Shown: one piece after another, positions 28,586-41,712 of the stretch
Position numbering within the stretch: position 1 is the stretch's first letter
Layout: each line of letters starts with the position of its first letter
Assembly (NCBI GenBank): GCA_000165425.1
Contig: CT867986.1
Span: 186,001 to 250,000 of the forward strand
From: Paramecium tetraurelia
Taxonomy: Eukaryota
Direction: 5' to 3'
Length of the DNA stretch: 64,000 nt
Position numbers and translations under genes: made by a program
The notes under the pieces: generated by a model
The model's database searches: none
What the model was told of the DNA's origin: nothing
What the model saw: only the letters and a program-made list of their open reading frames with translations

Positions 28586-29182
28586 GCAAATCGTAATGAT
28601 TTTCTAATTCCTTATAATATGTTAATTCAAATATACAATTCTTATAATTTGATATAATTTTTATTAGTAATACATATCATATATGTAATCTCAAATAAGA
28701 AATAAAACCAGAACATTTTTTATAAGTGAATATAAAACTAAATAAACTTTGAGACAAATTCTATTTATAATAAGATCTTAAACGTTATAAATGTTATAGA
28801 TAACGTTTTTTGAAGCTATAACAATTTGTAATCTTAATAATTTAAATATTTTATACTTATTACGATATAATTTTAGATATAATAATGAAATATTAATTTT
28901 TTGAAACTCTCCCTTATTGATTATTACATTTAATCTGTTAATTTACATTTATTTAATACTTACCTTTTTAATCAGATATGAGAATTCAAAACAACCTAAA
29001 ATTTCTAGATAATTAAGAAATGTCCAAGATTTCACACTTAAAGTCTATCTCAACAAGTATTGATCAAATGCACACATAAATTTAATGTTTGATAAATGTG
29101 AAGTATATGAATACTGAAAGCAAAATTAAATTCAAACAAAGTAATAAATAACAAAATTATTTGATTAAAAAGATGATTATTA

Positions 29183-29557
29183 TCAGAAGATCTTACAAGG
29201 ACAACATTCATCAAGATCTTATGGAGGTTCCTTTATATAGTATTTTATTTCTTTTAAAGATTAACCCGGGATTTGATCTCGAAATGTTACTTTATATTTT
29301 TGTTTTCCCTTTTAAGTTAATAAAATTTCCCTTCTTTAATCTGTATCCTTCCTTATCCTTTCAGTTTCTGGGTTGATTTCAATGCAATCACCTTGAGCTT
29401 TAATTAAATTTTCTAAATTCTGTTGACATGATGAGACTACAATGTTATTTTAAGGAAATGAAATTTCAGGCAATGCAGATTTTTAAGTTCTAGATTGATT
29501 TCCACTTAAGTCAGTATATTCTGAGTTCCTGTCCCTAATACTAAATACATCAATCAT
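29183..29557 (-). CDS. Small protein with RVxF-type motif and C-terminal CaaX box
   Basis: ...KQKYKVTFRDQIPGQSLKEIKYY...DECCPCKIF-TGA; one 28-nt intron. Confidence 0.75.
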
Positions 29558-30204
29558 TATTGTTATTTTAATTTTTCGTGTGAAATAATTGATATTTTTC
29601 ACTAATAAATACTCAGAATATATGATATAATTTAAGAAAAAAGTTAATAAAAAAAATAAAAGAAGTCTATAATTAATCTTCTTTACAATTTCATTAAATA
29701 TGAAGTGATAGGGGTTATCGTAATTTTTGTATAAAAATCTCTAAAATCAAAATAGAAATTATCCAAGTTAGGTAATAATTTCAACCTTCTAATCCCCATT
29801 TTTGAAATCAATTTCGAAATTAAGAATAAGCATTATTTTTATAGTAATAGGGATTTCCAATAACTGAAACAAAAAAATTAATCGAGTTATATTGTTATAA
29901 GATTACCTGTTTGAATAGTTCTTCTTTATTAGATTCAATTAGAATTTGGGTAATTTAGATATAATATTCATTATTGATGGCATTTTAATAAATATGATTT
30001 CACTTGTTAATGTTAATTGTTTTTTCATGAATTCTTAAACTATTATTAAATTTAGATTTATTGGTATCTAAAATATATAACCATGAACTGAAATATTTAA
30101 TTAAAAAACTACTTAACTATTTTACTTTCAGTTCAGACTCTTGTGCTAATGAACAAACTCCATAGAATAAATTTAAAATTTAATGATATTTATCAATATA
30201 TATA

Positions 30205-31472
30205 TCATAAATCTGATTTCTAGGTATTTAACTTGGGTAAACTTGATAATGACTAACCTGTTTCAGTTTTCTTTATTACTCCTCTTACGAATTCATTTAA
30301 ATTATCAACTGTCAGTTATTTTTTAAATCTAAAGTATTTCTTTGCATTAAAATCAACTGCAACGACTTGTGGATATCTATATAATTGATATAAAATAATG
30401 AGATACCCTTCTCCGATAACACTCAACTCTGCCTCAAAATCATCAAATTATTCCCCAACAAACCAACCTAAATTAGCTCTACCGGTTAAAGATAATTATG
30501 TCTATTCAATATTTATAGATTATTACTTTCTTTAGAACTTAAATTGCATCGTCTTGTTCTTTCTTATCACCTGGTAAGAATCCCAAAACGCATAGAGCTT
30601 ACAAAATATTTATAAATCTTACTGTTGCAAATTGAATTTAATTTTTCATCAGAAGTTATTTAAATAACATCTGTAACAACGGTTTAGCCATCTACAGGTT
30701 TCTATTCTTTAATGTATTTCAAAAGAGCATCCAAGTTTCTTTCTCCTTCATACTTCTTATGTGTTTCCTTCTTGTTTCCTGCTGGGAAGAAGTAAATGGT
30801 CGGATATGACTCAATATTAAACCTTTTTGCCAACTCAGTTTGAGCTGTGGCATCAACTTTGGCTATTGGAATATCAGCTTAATGAGATAATTTATTCCAT
30901 TCCGGTTAAAGTTACTTACAATGTCCACACCAAGGGGCATAGAATTCAACAAACCAGGCTTCTTAACTATTGATCACTTGTTCATCAAAATTAGCATCTG
31001 TAAGAACAACAACTTTTGAATCATCATTTGAAGGTTGTGGTTTGATTTCTACTCCTAATCTATTTAGGGCAATCTCCCTAGCTCTATCCAAAAGATAATC
31101 TACTATTCCATTCTTCTTCCTTTCTCCTTCATATGCTATAGGGTCTGCTTTATTTACACCAAAGAATTTAATTGTTGGATAACTATTAACCCCGTAAGGC
31201 TATCCAGCTTCTCCATCAGTAGTCATATCTAATGCACCTATTTTAATAATTCCATCTAATGCTTTAGCTGCCTTGTTATACTCTGGGGCTAAAGCCTTAC
31301 AATGACCACACCAAGGAGCAAAGAACTCAACTAGCCAAGGTTCACCTGAATCAAGGACTAATTATTTGAAATTATCTTTAGTAAGTTTGATGACTTTGGA
31401 ATCTGCATCATATAATGCCAAGGATAGTGTAATCATCAAAGACAGGGTAAGTAAGGAGCAACAACTTTTCAT
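30205..31472 (-). CDS. Protein disulfide isomerase, P5/PDIA6-like
   Basis: Signal peptide; two WCGHC thioredoxin domains ([22 protein letters not shown]); C-terminal KSDL. Confidence 0.95.
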
Positions 31473-31701
31473 TCAGATGTTATTTTTAATATCGTGTAGC
31501 TTAGAAATATTCTAGAATTTATAAATCTACACGTTATATTTATACTATTTAATTGTTAGATTAATTATTATTTTTTAGATTTTAAACTCATTTGGTTTTT
31601 GTATCGATGCAAGCCCTAAATAAAACAAAACACTAAAGATTATTATAATATATGAAAAATCTATTTATTTTATTATTTATTATTTAATATACTAATATAT
31701 C

Positions 31702-32314
31702 TCATGCACCAATTGCTAATTTAGATCTAGCTGCTTGTTTTCTGGATTAACGAGCAACAACTTTATTATTGGCTTCCTTTTTAACATTCTCATCTCTTTA
31801 AGCTGCCCAGATTTCAATATGTGCATTTGATGATAGGAATGCTATATGAATTATAAGTATGATAATTTTACGGTTGATTCTTCCGTGAGCTCTGTATGTT
31901 CGACGTCTTCCCTTTTGAGCTCTGTTAACTTGAACATGATTGATGATCAATTTTTCATTACTCAAATTTTTAACTTAAGCATTTGCTGCTAAATTTTATA
32001 AGAGAGACAATACAATTCTAACACTTTTCTCTGGCCATCTACCTAATCATTGATTTTAACACTCAAATACCTTGGGATCTGCCAAATTCTTTAGCTTATC
32101 CTGTTCTACCAACACCACCATTGAATCTGGTGAATGGAACGCATCTCTTATGTTAAAGGACATCTTGCATGTATTTAAGAGCCTAAGCAAGTGTTTATCC
32201 CTTGATTGCTCTTGCTACTTCATATGTGTTCTTGAAATGAGTTCTTAAATCACTAGCTTTGGCCTTGGCTGATTATTTTGCAACTGCAGGTTCTCTGGCA
32301 TATTGTTTTCCCAT
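31702..32314 (-). CDS. RPL17: 60S ribosomal protein L17 (uL22)
   Basis: [18 protein letters not shown]...GRWPEKS...[11 protein letters not shown]; two introns. Confidence 0.97.
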
Positions 32315-32413
32315 TAAATTATATCCTTTTTAATTTATTTAATTTTTTTTCAAATTTTATTAAGAATTGAATAACAATAATGTTTTATATATTGATATTT
32401 AGATGCAGCCATT

Positions 32414-33743
32414 TCAATTATTTACTATAGCATATCTGACTCTATATCCACCTCCAAACTATTCAATGTTGCCATTATCAAATAACTCTTTTGGTTGACT
32501 TTTGAATAAGAATCCTAAGTTCCTTTTCTATTATGGTATGACAAACTCATTTGATGTGTAAAAGTTCTTGTCTTCAATATAATTAAAAGATGAAACCTGT
32601 TAAAATTGCATAACTGTTATTAGAGGCAGAGAACTTGAGTATCTTTTCATCCTTAGGTAAATCAATGGGTCTTGGAACATAGCTCTCATCAAATCCTGAT
32701 AAATAGATTCTATTTTGGTCTGTCAAAAATAAGGAAAGATTATATCCAAGATCAAAATCAATCACTTTTTCATTAGGTTAGAAGTATTTCTAATTAACTG
32801 GAGTGGGTGTATAATTTTCCTATACAATCTTTTAAATATCTTACTAAATCTGTAACAACATATTCTTATTGTCTGACTCCCAATGAACCATAATAGCTTC
32901 TACCCCATCCAACAACTATTCCCTCATCTGATAACATATATTATAGAATATACTTAATAAGGCTAATGTTCCAGCAAAGCAGGATTTGATCTTCTAGATG
33001 GTGTAACCAGATTTGCTCAATTATTCAAATATTGGATTAAGTTCTGGATATTTGAAATTGAGACTGCATCCATTACCTAATTCTCCTCTCTTTCCTGCAC
33101 CCCAGACATAGACTTAATTGCTTTCATTCACAACAATAGAGTAATCGATGCCAGCACTAACAAATTTACCTTTTGGAGTGCCAACTAATTTTTGAACTGC
33201 TTAAGGTGTTGCAATATTATTCTAATAGTTATCTCCTAATCCACTAGCTTTACCTTAGAATTAATCCCAAATTGAGTTGTTTGCATTTCCCCAAGTATAA
33301 ACATTTCCATCAGCTAAACTATTAACATTTATTGATAATACAAGCCAAAGCAACTGCATGATTTGATCCCAAAGCCACATCGGTCACTTTTAATCCTTTA
33401 TCTCTGAAGAATCTAACCAATTGAGGTGTTTGATTTTCTTCTGTGTTGCCTAAACCTAATTGTCCATAGTTATTGTGGCCAAAAGTATATAAATCACCAT
33501 TATCTTATAATTTAATATGAAATGAGTACCTGTAATGACTGCGGTAAAGTATTCACTTGGATATACCTTAGCCACATTACCATTAAAAGCATCTATTCTT
33601 CTTGGTCTCAATTGATCTCCTTATGAATCCTAATTGATTCCACAGCCCAAACTATGAACTCCCCAAGTGTACAAATTGCCTGCTCTATAAATTGGACGAG
33701 TCCATAATGATTTGAAAAGACCACTATGTGTTAAGCAATTCAT
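32414..33743 (-). CDS. RCC1-repeat protein, possibly mitochondrial
   Basis: Repeated LYTWG / LYTFGHNNYGQLGLG / VYTWGNANNSQFG / VYVWGAGKRGELGNG; basic N-terminal leader. Confidence 0.9.
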
Positions 33744-33968
33744 AAAATATTATTTCAAGATCTAATTAATTATTTATATACAAAGATTCAAAACTCTCTT
33801 TTTTATCCAATCACTTATATTTATACACTCAAAAGACACTGCATTCTAAGTTTACAAGTCGTAATATTGATTGAGAAACTTATTCTTTTTAAGGACGTAA
33901 GAAACCTATTATTTTATAAACAATGAAACTCAAGATTTTATTTATTATTGTTTTAATAATTAATTTGC

Positions 33969-36347
33969 ATGAGTGATTTAATCCCTGAAACTGAATATAG
34001 GATTCCAAAAATAAACTCATACCTTCTCGAAATCAGAGAACCAAACAAAAATGTTTTATTAAATAGAACCATCTAATCCAAATCATAACATAAAAAGCAA
34101 CAACTTAATGCAACATCATCTAATCACTCTCTTCCATACACTGGCACTGCTTTATAGTCTTCTATTGGATAAGGTAATCAATCAAAGGATAATGTATCAA
34201 TCTAACGGACTAGTTAATTGAATAAAATAACTGAATAAAAAGATATTTAGAACGATATGATCAACATTAATTAGTTTATTCATTAAAAAAAGAAAGAACA
34301 ATTAGTTCAAAATTAATATTTTCTCAAAGAAATCAGTAGAATTAGATGTATTTACTTTCTCTTTTTTTAGAACATTGCAAAATGAAGGCAAACATTAAGA
34401 ATAAATTAGAAAATGAAAGAAAATCTACTACTTCATCATAGGATAAGTACGAGAAGTGCTGGGATGAAACTTTAAAGGAAATGAATGAAGATCCTAAAAC
34501 TTGTGATGTGATTGGCGATTCATCTAGCAGAAATAATGAAGAATAATTTAAAAGGATTAAGAAACCAAAACGTTTAAAGAGTCAAGTAACGTGATCTTTC
34601 ATTGTTTAGATATTTTCTAAAATTAGAGAAGCAGAGGATCAGTATTTTAAGGCTCAGTCTAAATCTATTATCAAATTGATGAAATAGAGATCTTTGCAGA
34701 TTGTAGATGAAGTTACTGCTCAAATAGAATAAGAATAACTATTAAAAAAAGAATAATAATATTAAAGATCCAAAGAAAGAGAAGAGGGAAAATAAGAAAT
34801 TATCAAATCCTTGAGTGGCAAAGAATAAGGCAAGTTACTTAAATTACTCTAAAATAAGTAACCCAATCTTCAAATCCAACCATCTAAATAAATCAATGAT
34901 GTTTCCAATTCATTTTCTAAATACAACAAGCACAGATCTAAAAGCTTTAATTCTGCTCTTCCCATTTTATAAGATAAAGGATAACTTTAAGTTCAAAATT
35001 AGATATAAAATCGGAAACCCTTATTATTTAATAAATAAAATCTAATTGAAAATTAGGATTTTTCTAGACTACTTTGAAGTTCATGATATCTTATTATCTC
35101 ATAATTCAAGCATTTATATTTTAATTAGATCAATCAATTAATCTAATAAATGATGTTTAATTTTCATCGTCATTATTATTAATTCAATTAAAGAATGAAG
35201 CTGAGTTAATCCAACAAATTATTAATTTCTCCTCTCAATAATCAATAGCCCATGTTTCCTACTATTTCTTACAAAACTTCAGAGTCTCCTTCAAAAATTG
35301 TGATCCCTCTTACTAATTATTTGTTATTTGAATAACAACTGGATTAAATAAATGTTAATAAGATAAATAAATAATAAAAATAAAACAGAGTAGATACTAT
35401 CTATAAATATATTCGTTAATAAGTAGTTAAAAAGAATGATAATAATCAAGAAAAATCTAAGACACAAACCACAACCGTTGTAAACGAATCTGAGGATAAA
35501 ATTAAAAAATCCAAAGAATAACCTTCTAATTCATATTCACTAAAACAAATACAAAAAAAACAAAGCTAATAAAGTATTTTCATAAATACTATTATTAGAA
35601 CTCTAAAGGATGAGTAAATCCTATATTGATTTGCATACTTCAAATTTATGTAATTAAATACAAAACTAATGCATTTTTGAATTAGACTAAGAATAGGAGG
35701 ATGGTGAACATAATTTATGTAGTATAAGTTAGAATCAAATAAATAAATCACCAAATTTATATTGTAATTTAAAAAGTAAAAAAAATTGCAAGTTAATAAA
35801 TCAATCAAAAGTATCTAATTTTTGTATAACTATAGGTCGTCTTGGACTTTAATTAATAAAATAAAAAATATAAAGATCAGAGCTTTCAAATCATTCACTT
35901 GATTAGTAAGGTATAACAAAATCTTTTAAAACAAAAGGAAAATGATAGACAGTAATAGGAAAGAGAATATAAATTGAAAAAATGTCTAAGGTAAAAGGAA
36001 AGATTAGAAGGAATGTATAATGCATAGTTAGGCTTGAAAAACAGAAGATTAAATTCTCTATTGAATGCTTTAAAAGGAACTGATGATAAAAAGATTGAAA
36101 ATGATATAGTCAATGATATTAGAAGAAAATATTAGATACAACGAAGCCAGTCTACAATTATGACTAGAAAGAGTTCTCTTTAATTATCGAACCCAAGCTA
36201 TGTCCCTGATGAATAATTTGAAGACAAGCTGATCAGAAAATTTTCTTAAGTTTCTGATATTTGTAGTTCTGAAAACTCATTAGATTAGACATGTAATTTT
36301 TTGTTAAATTTATTGTAGAGTTCCCTATTAAATAAAAGGCTACTTGA
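33969..36347 (+). CDS. Coiled-coil, Q-rich hypothetical protein
   Basis: MSDLIPETEYRIPKINSY...; long code-6 frame with tiny introns; TGA at 36345-36347. Confidence 0.7.
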
Positions 36348-36435
36348 TTATTTGAATATAGTTCTATAGATTATATCAAATTCTTTATTTATTTAATAAT
36401 TTTTTTGGATTAATTGAAAAAAAATAATATAATAA

Positions 36436-37190
36436 ATGTCTGGAGAGTTACCAAAAATCGCCTCTATGAGTTTATTTTCTACCTATGTTCAGAAAAAGAA
36501 TGCAGAAGAAGAAGCCGTGAAAATAAGGAATAGAATTGATTAAATAAGACAAGAGCGAGAAAAAATATTAAAGAAGATTTAGGCAGAAGACTTGAAGGCA
36601 GAGCAAATTTACAAACACAGATTGGAATTACAATTAAAAGTAACTCTTACCTTAAATAATAGAAAGAAGAGAAGATCAGACAGAAGGTTGAAGCACCACC
36701 TCCATTCTCTTTAAGTGTATCAAGGGCCCAAAAAGAGACATTAAAGAAAATAAAGGAGGAATTGCTATATAGGAAGAAAACAGAAGTGAAGGAATTTAGA
36801 AGTTGGCATAGATAAGATTTGTATGGAACAAAAATGCAGAAAAGTTTAGATCATGAAACTTATCGACATAAAGTCCTTTAAGGAAAGGAAGAAGAGCGAT
36901 AGGCTAATTTGAATACATTGGCTAAATTGAAAGAAAGAAGAGATAGGATCAGATATGAAGTGGAGGTTGAAAAGGATAGAGTTCTAAGAGAGAAGAATGA
37001 ATACGATTAGAAAATATACGAATTAGAATAATTAGAACAATTAGAATTAGCGAATTTATAGAACACTCTACAGAGATAAAATTAAGCAAAAGAAAAAGTG
37101 AATTTGGCTTAAAGTCTTCCACCTAAAGAATTTGAAGTTAAATTTGGCTATAATTCAACAAAAAACAATCAAAATTCAACAAGTTCATGA
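36436..37190 (+). CDS. Coiled-coil hypothetical protein
   Basis: MSGELPKIASMSLF...EEEAVKIRNRIDQIRQERE...; one intron. Confidence 0.8.
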
Positions 37191-37492
37191 AATATTTATA
37201 AAATATAATATATCCATTCATGAGTTGAGTGTACTTTCGATTATCTAAATATTTTTACATGTATTTAAATTAAGAATATTAACTAATAATTATTTATTAG
37301 AATAATAATCTTTTTTGACTATCTTCAACTTTTAAAGTATTATTATTGAATAACTATTTTAAGTAAATATGACCACGTTTAGAAACTTAACTCTCCATTT
37401 AACTATAGGTTATTTATATTTTTTATTTATTTAATTCTACAATATTATATTTAATTTTTTATAATTTAAAAATCCCTAATTATATATATAAA

Positions 37493-38280
37493 TCAATCAA
37501 CTAACATATAAGTATTTACACCCTATCCCGATTAGATATTCCCACTATCTAACAATTGTCTAATTGATTATCTTTGAAATAGAGAATTAATTACTTAATT
37601 TCTTATAATTTATCGGTTTATGAGAATTCATTAATAATACTTTATTAAGTGATACTAACAGGCCCTAATTATTGTGTTTATGCTTTGATAAAGTTTAAGA
37701 TCTAGTTTAAAGTAATAATTACTCTTGTTGATAAACTTAATTAGGTAAGTCTCTACTATTCCTCTTCATCAATTTAAGTATTTGCTTATACAAAATTCGG
37801 ATTTCCTATTTGATTAGATTTAATTGCCTATTGTATGATATTTAGCATATGGGAGACTAAATAACCATGTCCTGTTTTTTTTATATTCATAATATCAAAG
37901 CAAATTGTATCTTTGTTGACTCTAGCTCTAAGTAAAAATTAAAAATAATTAATTTTTGGTTCTTCTTCTTTGAATATATCAAACATTTCTCTGATGTATG
38001 TCCCTTCAGAAAATAACAGACTAAGTTTTAGATACCCGCTGTCATCATTAATTGTTATAAAACCCTTGCCCTCTGCTTCATTGGTTTATTCAAATCTAGC
38101 TACTAATTGGATTAATGTTATTTATTTATCAAAGTAAAGGATTTCATTTCTATCAGTAGTCGATTATTTAATTTTCTTAATCATCTTGATGGTCATATTT
38201 GTAACTTGTTCATTGTAATTATTTCCTTGCTTGAATCCTGATTGATTTTTTTAATCACTAAATTAGGATTATTAAAACAT
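37493..38280 (-). CDS. RPA2/RPA32 (Teb2/Stn1)-like OB-fold + winged-helix protein
   Basis: VTNMTIKMI..QITLIQLVARFE..FITINDDSGYLKL..YLVSHMLNII, then QLLDSGNIQSGQGVNTYMLVD. Confidence 0.7.
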
Positions 38281-38432
38281 AATTAAATTAATAATAAGCG
38301 CCAATTCTAAAAATTAAATGATTTTATATAAATATATTTATAGCAAACATTCAATCAAGATAATTACATAAAAATATACATTTAATCTTTATTTGTTGTC
38401 ATCCCAAATTATCAAATTTATTAATTTATGTA

Positions 38433-39720
38433 TCATTAAATTACTTACTGAATTTGGTTGCCATCCCCTTTTATAAATCCTTATACCCAATCTGTTATGA
38501 CTTAGATAACCCATATATTTTTAGATCTTATTTCTCTTCTCGCGAGTCATGAGAAAGCTAATTGATCTATTCCCCATTGCTTTCTGATTCCACTTTCAAA
38601 AATCTGAAATCATATTCCTACTAATGAAAAGTGGTCTCATTTTACCTTGAAGTTAACATTTATCTATTCTATTAAACACTACATAATTCACTTTAATATG
38701 TTTTTGTCTTATCATCCATATGAATTTTGTCCATTGTATCATTATACATAAATTAAATCTTTTATTGGACTCTTTACTATTAAACATTGGAAGGCACTTC
38801 ACAATACACCTATGCTTCCATATAAAAATACTTATTATGTAAAAGATATAAATTAAGATCGAATTGGTTTTAATAATTTTTACCAAACCCCTTGATGCCA
38901 TCTAGCCAATCTTCTCTGTAATAAAATGCCTTATCCTTGATAAAATAATAACTTATGATGATTTATCACAAACCTATTTATAGTCAAATATTCATATGTG
39001 GTCTTATTAGCAAAAATAAAATAAGTATGCAAAACCAATAAATAGGTTGAGAACACAAGAAATCCAAAGGTGTTTAGAGCATAAATAAGTAGCTCTATTA
39101 TGAGGTAATCATCCGTATCAGCCAGATGTTAGATTTGTACTATCAAAAATAAAGTAAGCATAATGGTTAAGAACAAAATAAAACAATAGAAGTACCGATA
39201 ATTTCTTTATCCAATACATTAACCTAACCATACGCAATGATGATCAAATCCCTAAACACAATTATCACATCTCCGACAATGTGCTGTGGTGCTGGTTTTA
39301 TAAATTTTACATGTGTCACAAAACTTGAATTCACATAATTTTGTTTAATTCACTATTATTAGTTCAGCTGTAGATTTTGGTTTCAGTGGTATAAGATAAC
39401 ATTCAGTATACCTTAATCTTTTAATACATTACCTTTTAAACTTAAGAATTGAGTCTCGGCAATATACCTGGGTCGCTGAAAACAGTTACTATCATGAACA
39501 TATCAGTCAGAAATATTAATATTATTTCTGCAGAAAATATATCCCATTTTGGATCTATTCTGAAAAGTTGCACCAAAGAGAGACCATTCAAAAATACAAA
39601 AGACAATGTAAACATTATTCTGGAATAGCCCATTACTAACCTTCCTTTTAAACAATATTTTGACCTTCCTAAATAAACTTAATAATAAGGAACTGTAGAA
39701 TCCTAGCTGTGTACTTTCAT
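38433..39720 (-). CDS. DHHC palmitoyltransferase (ERF2/ZDHHC9-like)
   Basis: [59 protein letters not shown]. Confidence 0.95.
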
Positions 39721-40129
39721 TTTGTTAATTAAATTTAAATTTATTTATTATTTGAATACCTTCCGAATTTAGATACAGGATTAATAAGTTTCTGGTGTAA
39801 AGAATAATTGCTTTAATTTTTCAGAGTGATTTCTTACTTTAAATTTCAACGTATTTCGAATAGATATTTTTGTAATATTCAAAATAATAATCCACTAAAT
39901 ATGAAATTTCATAGTTCTATAAATAATTGGAATTTTAGACTTTTTAAATCATATATTGTTCAAAAACAACTGATTATTTTATAATATTGTCATAAAGTCT
40001 TTTTAGTCCTAATTAAAATTATTCTTTAAGTCTATTATAAGAATAGAGCTAGTTAATTATATGAGCATTTAGAAAATTCATAAAGGATAAATATTTTAAT
40101 TGATATTTGTATAACTTAATCTAATATTA

Positions 40130-40577
40130 TTTAATATCTTAAAAATTAGTTATAGAAGGCTTGCTTTAATTTGTTTAAGTTATTGCAATCCCAGTAAATG
40201 TGCATTAAGTTCAATAATTTAATACATGCTGTTATATTAACAATAAAAAATTGCATTGCAATAATTATATTGATGAAACTTAATTAGAAGGTCTGTTAGA
40301 TATTGTCAACTTAGACAAAAACACAAAGTATAGAATGTTACATGGTATTATTACAAATATTAAAGAACCTAATGATGTAATGTATCATATGTAGATAATA
40401 TGATATTTGATGACGAAATAATTTAATTGTGATATATTTAAACAATGGATATTTTAATCTGAATTTTTCAAAACCAACAAGTCAAATCTCATTATTATAT
40501 GTAAATCTGGTAGTACATTAGATTCTTTAGGAGAGTCATGTATAAACTTAGGTTATTGCAATATATTTATAATTTGA
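40130..40577 (+). pseudogene. Possible rhodanese-like ORF remnant with in-frame TGA
   Basis: Ends NLIIICKSGSTLDSLGESCINLGYCNIFII-TGA; in-frame TGA at 40401-40403; no clean start. Confidence 0.3.
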
Positions 40578-40590
40578 ATAATAATATTAT

Positions 40591-41022
40591 TCAGACTAGT
40601 TCTTAGACGCATTCGCATTCAGGATGTCTTTCGAAGAAACCAAAGGCACATTGGAAGTTGCTCAATGAGTTTTGATCAAGGCACTCTTCTTTCAAGACGG
40701 CAGCGCAAGAAGCAACATCACAACCTGATGAGAATTAGAAGGATGGGTAACAATTGGCCACACCGCATTTACTCCTAGGTAAATAGATTATAAAATGATA
40801 CAATGCAATAAGCAATTTATTTCCTGATTTGTTAGCACATTCAATCAAGCAATCGTAATCAGCAGAACATTTGTTTGAACAATTAGTTGCGGCAATAGCA
40901 CAGAAGGCATTCTTCTCACAAGCAGCCACTTCATCTGGGCATTTCTCTCTGACGCACAAATCGACGGGGTCATCTTAAGCAACAGCAAAAGTCAAAAGAA
41001 CAACTAACAAAAATGCTTTCAT
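40591..41022 (-). CDS. Secreted 16-Cys protein, copy A
   Basis: Signal peptide MKAFLLVVLLTFAVA; CVREKCPDEVAACEKNAFCAIAATNCSNKC...FFERHPECECV; one 27-nt intron. Confidence 0.9.
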
Positions 41023-41072
41023 TAAATATAATAATACTTTTGTAAGTATAAGATTGGTTTTATAAAATCCAG

Positions 41073-41079
41073 ATGACGT
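41073..41079 (-). promoter_or_regulatory. ACGTCAT (CRE/bZIP-like) element upstream of copy A
   Basis: ATGACGT on + strand, 51 nt upstream of the ATG; same 7-mer upstream of copy B. Confidence 0.45.
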
Positions 41080-41181
41080 TATTTGGAAATTTGAGAAAAA
41101 CTTTATATGATATTATTACAAATTAATAGATACATGCATAAAATCACATTTTATGCCTATACCCTTGATATTTATACTCCC

Positions 41182-41601
41182 TCAGAACTCACTAACGCAT
41201 GAACATTCTGGATGTCTCTCGAAGAATGATGAAGCACATTAGAAGGATTTCAATCCCAAAGTTTGAGTGCATTCGCTCTGGAAATAAGCAACACATCCTT
41301 CAACATCACAAAATGAAACAGCAACATCTTTGCAATTTTCGTGTCCACATTAAGCCCTTAAAATAGATTATAAAGTATACAATGCAATCAATTTGGCATT
41401 CTTTGAGGCTAAAGCACAGTTCAACATGCATTCAGCGTCTTCACCTCCACATTGGTTTTTGCATTTCATTGCGGCAGAAGCACATCCGAATACTTCCTTT
41501 TAGCAGGCGGCGTATTCATTTGGGCATCTCTCTTTCAAGCATTATTCTGGGTCTGCAGCATATGTGAGGGCAAGGAGAACTACTATAACAATTGCTTTCA
41601 T
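41182..41601 (-). CDS. Secreted 16-Cys protein, copy B (tandem paralog)
   Basis: Signal peptide MKAIVIVVLLALTYA; CLKERCPNEYAACQKEVFGCASAAMKCKNQC...FFERHPECSCV; 24-nt intron at the same position as in copy A. Confidence 0.9.
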
Positions 41602-41661
41602 TTGGTTATTTTATTAATGATATTAAACAATTATTATTACCATCCTTATATAATCATTTTA

Positions 41662-41668
41662 ATGACGT
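41662..41668 (-). promoter_or_regulatory. ACGTCAT (CRE/bZIP-like) element upstream of copy B
   Basis: ATGACGT on + strand, 61 nt upstream of the ATG. Confidence 0.45.
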
Positions 41669-41712
41669 AGATAAAATAAATTGCTAATCAACATATATTA
41701 GTTTTTATCACA

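Noticed and set aside
40401..40403. In-frame TGA as possible selenocysteine in a rhodanese-like ORF
   Set aside because: It is not at the catalytic Cys position, there is no clean start, only ~13 nt separate it from the convergent gene's stop and no SECIS is evident; decay is more likely
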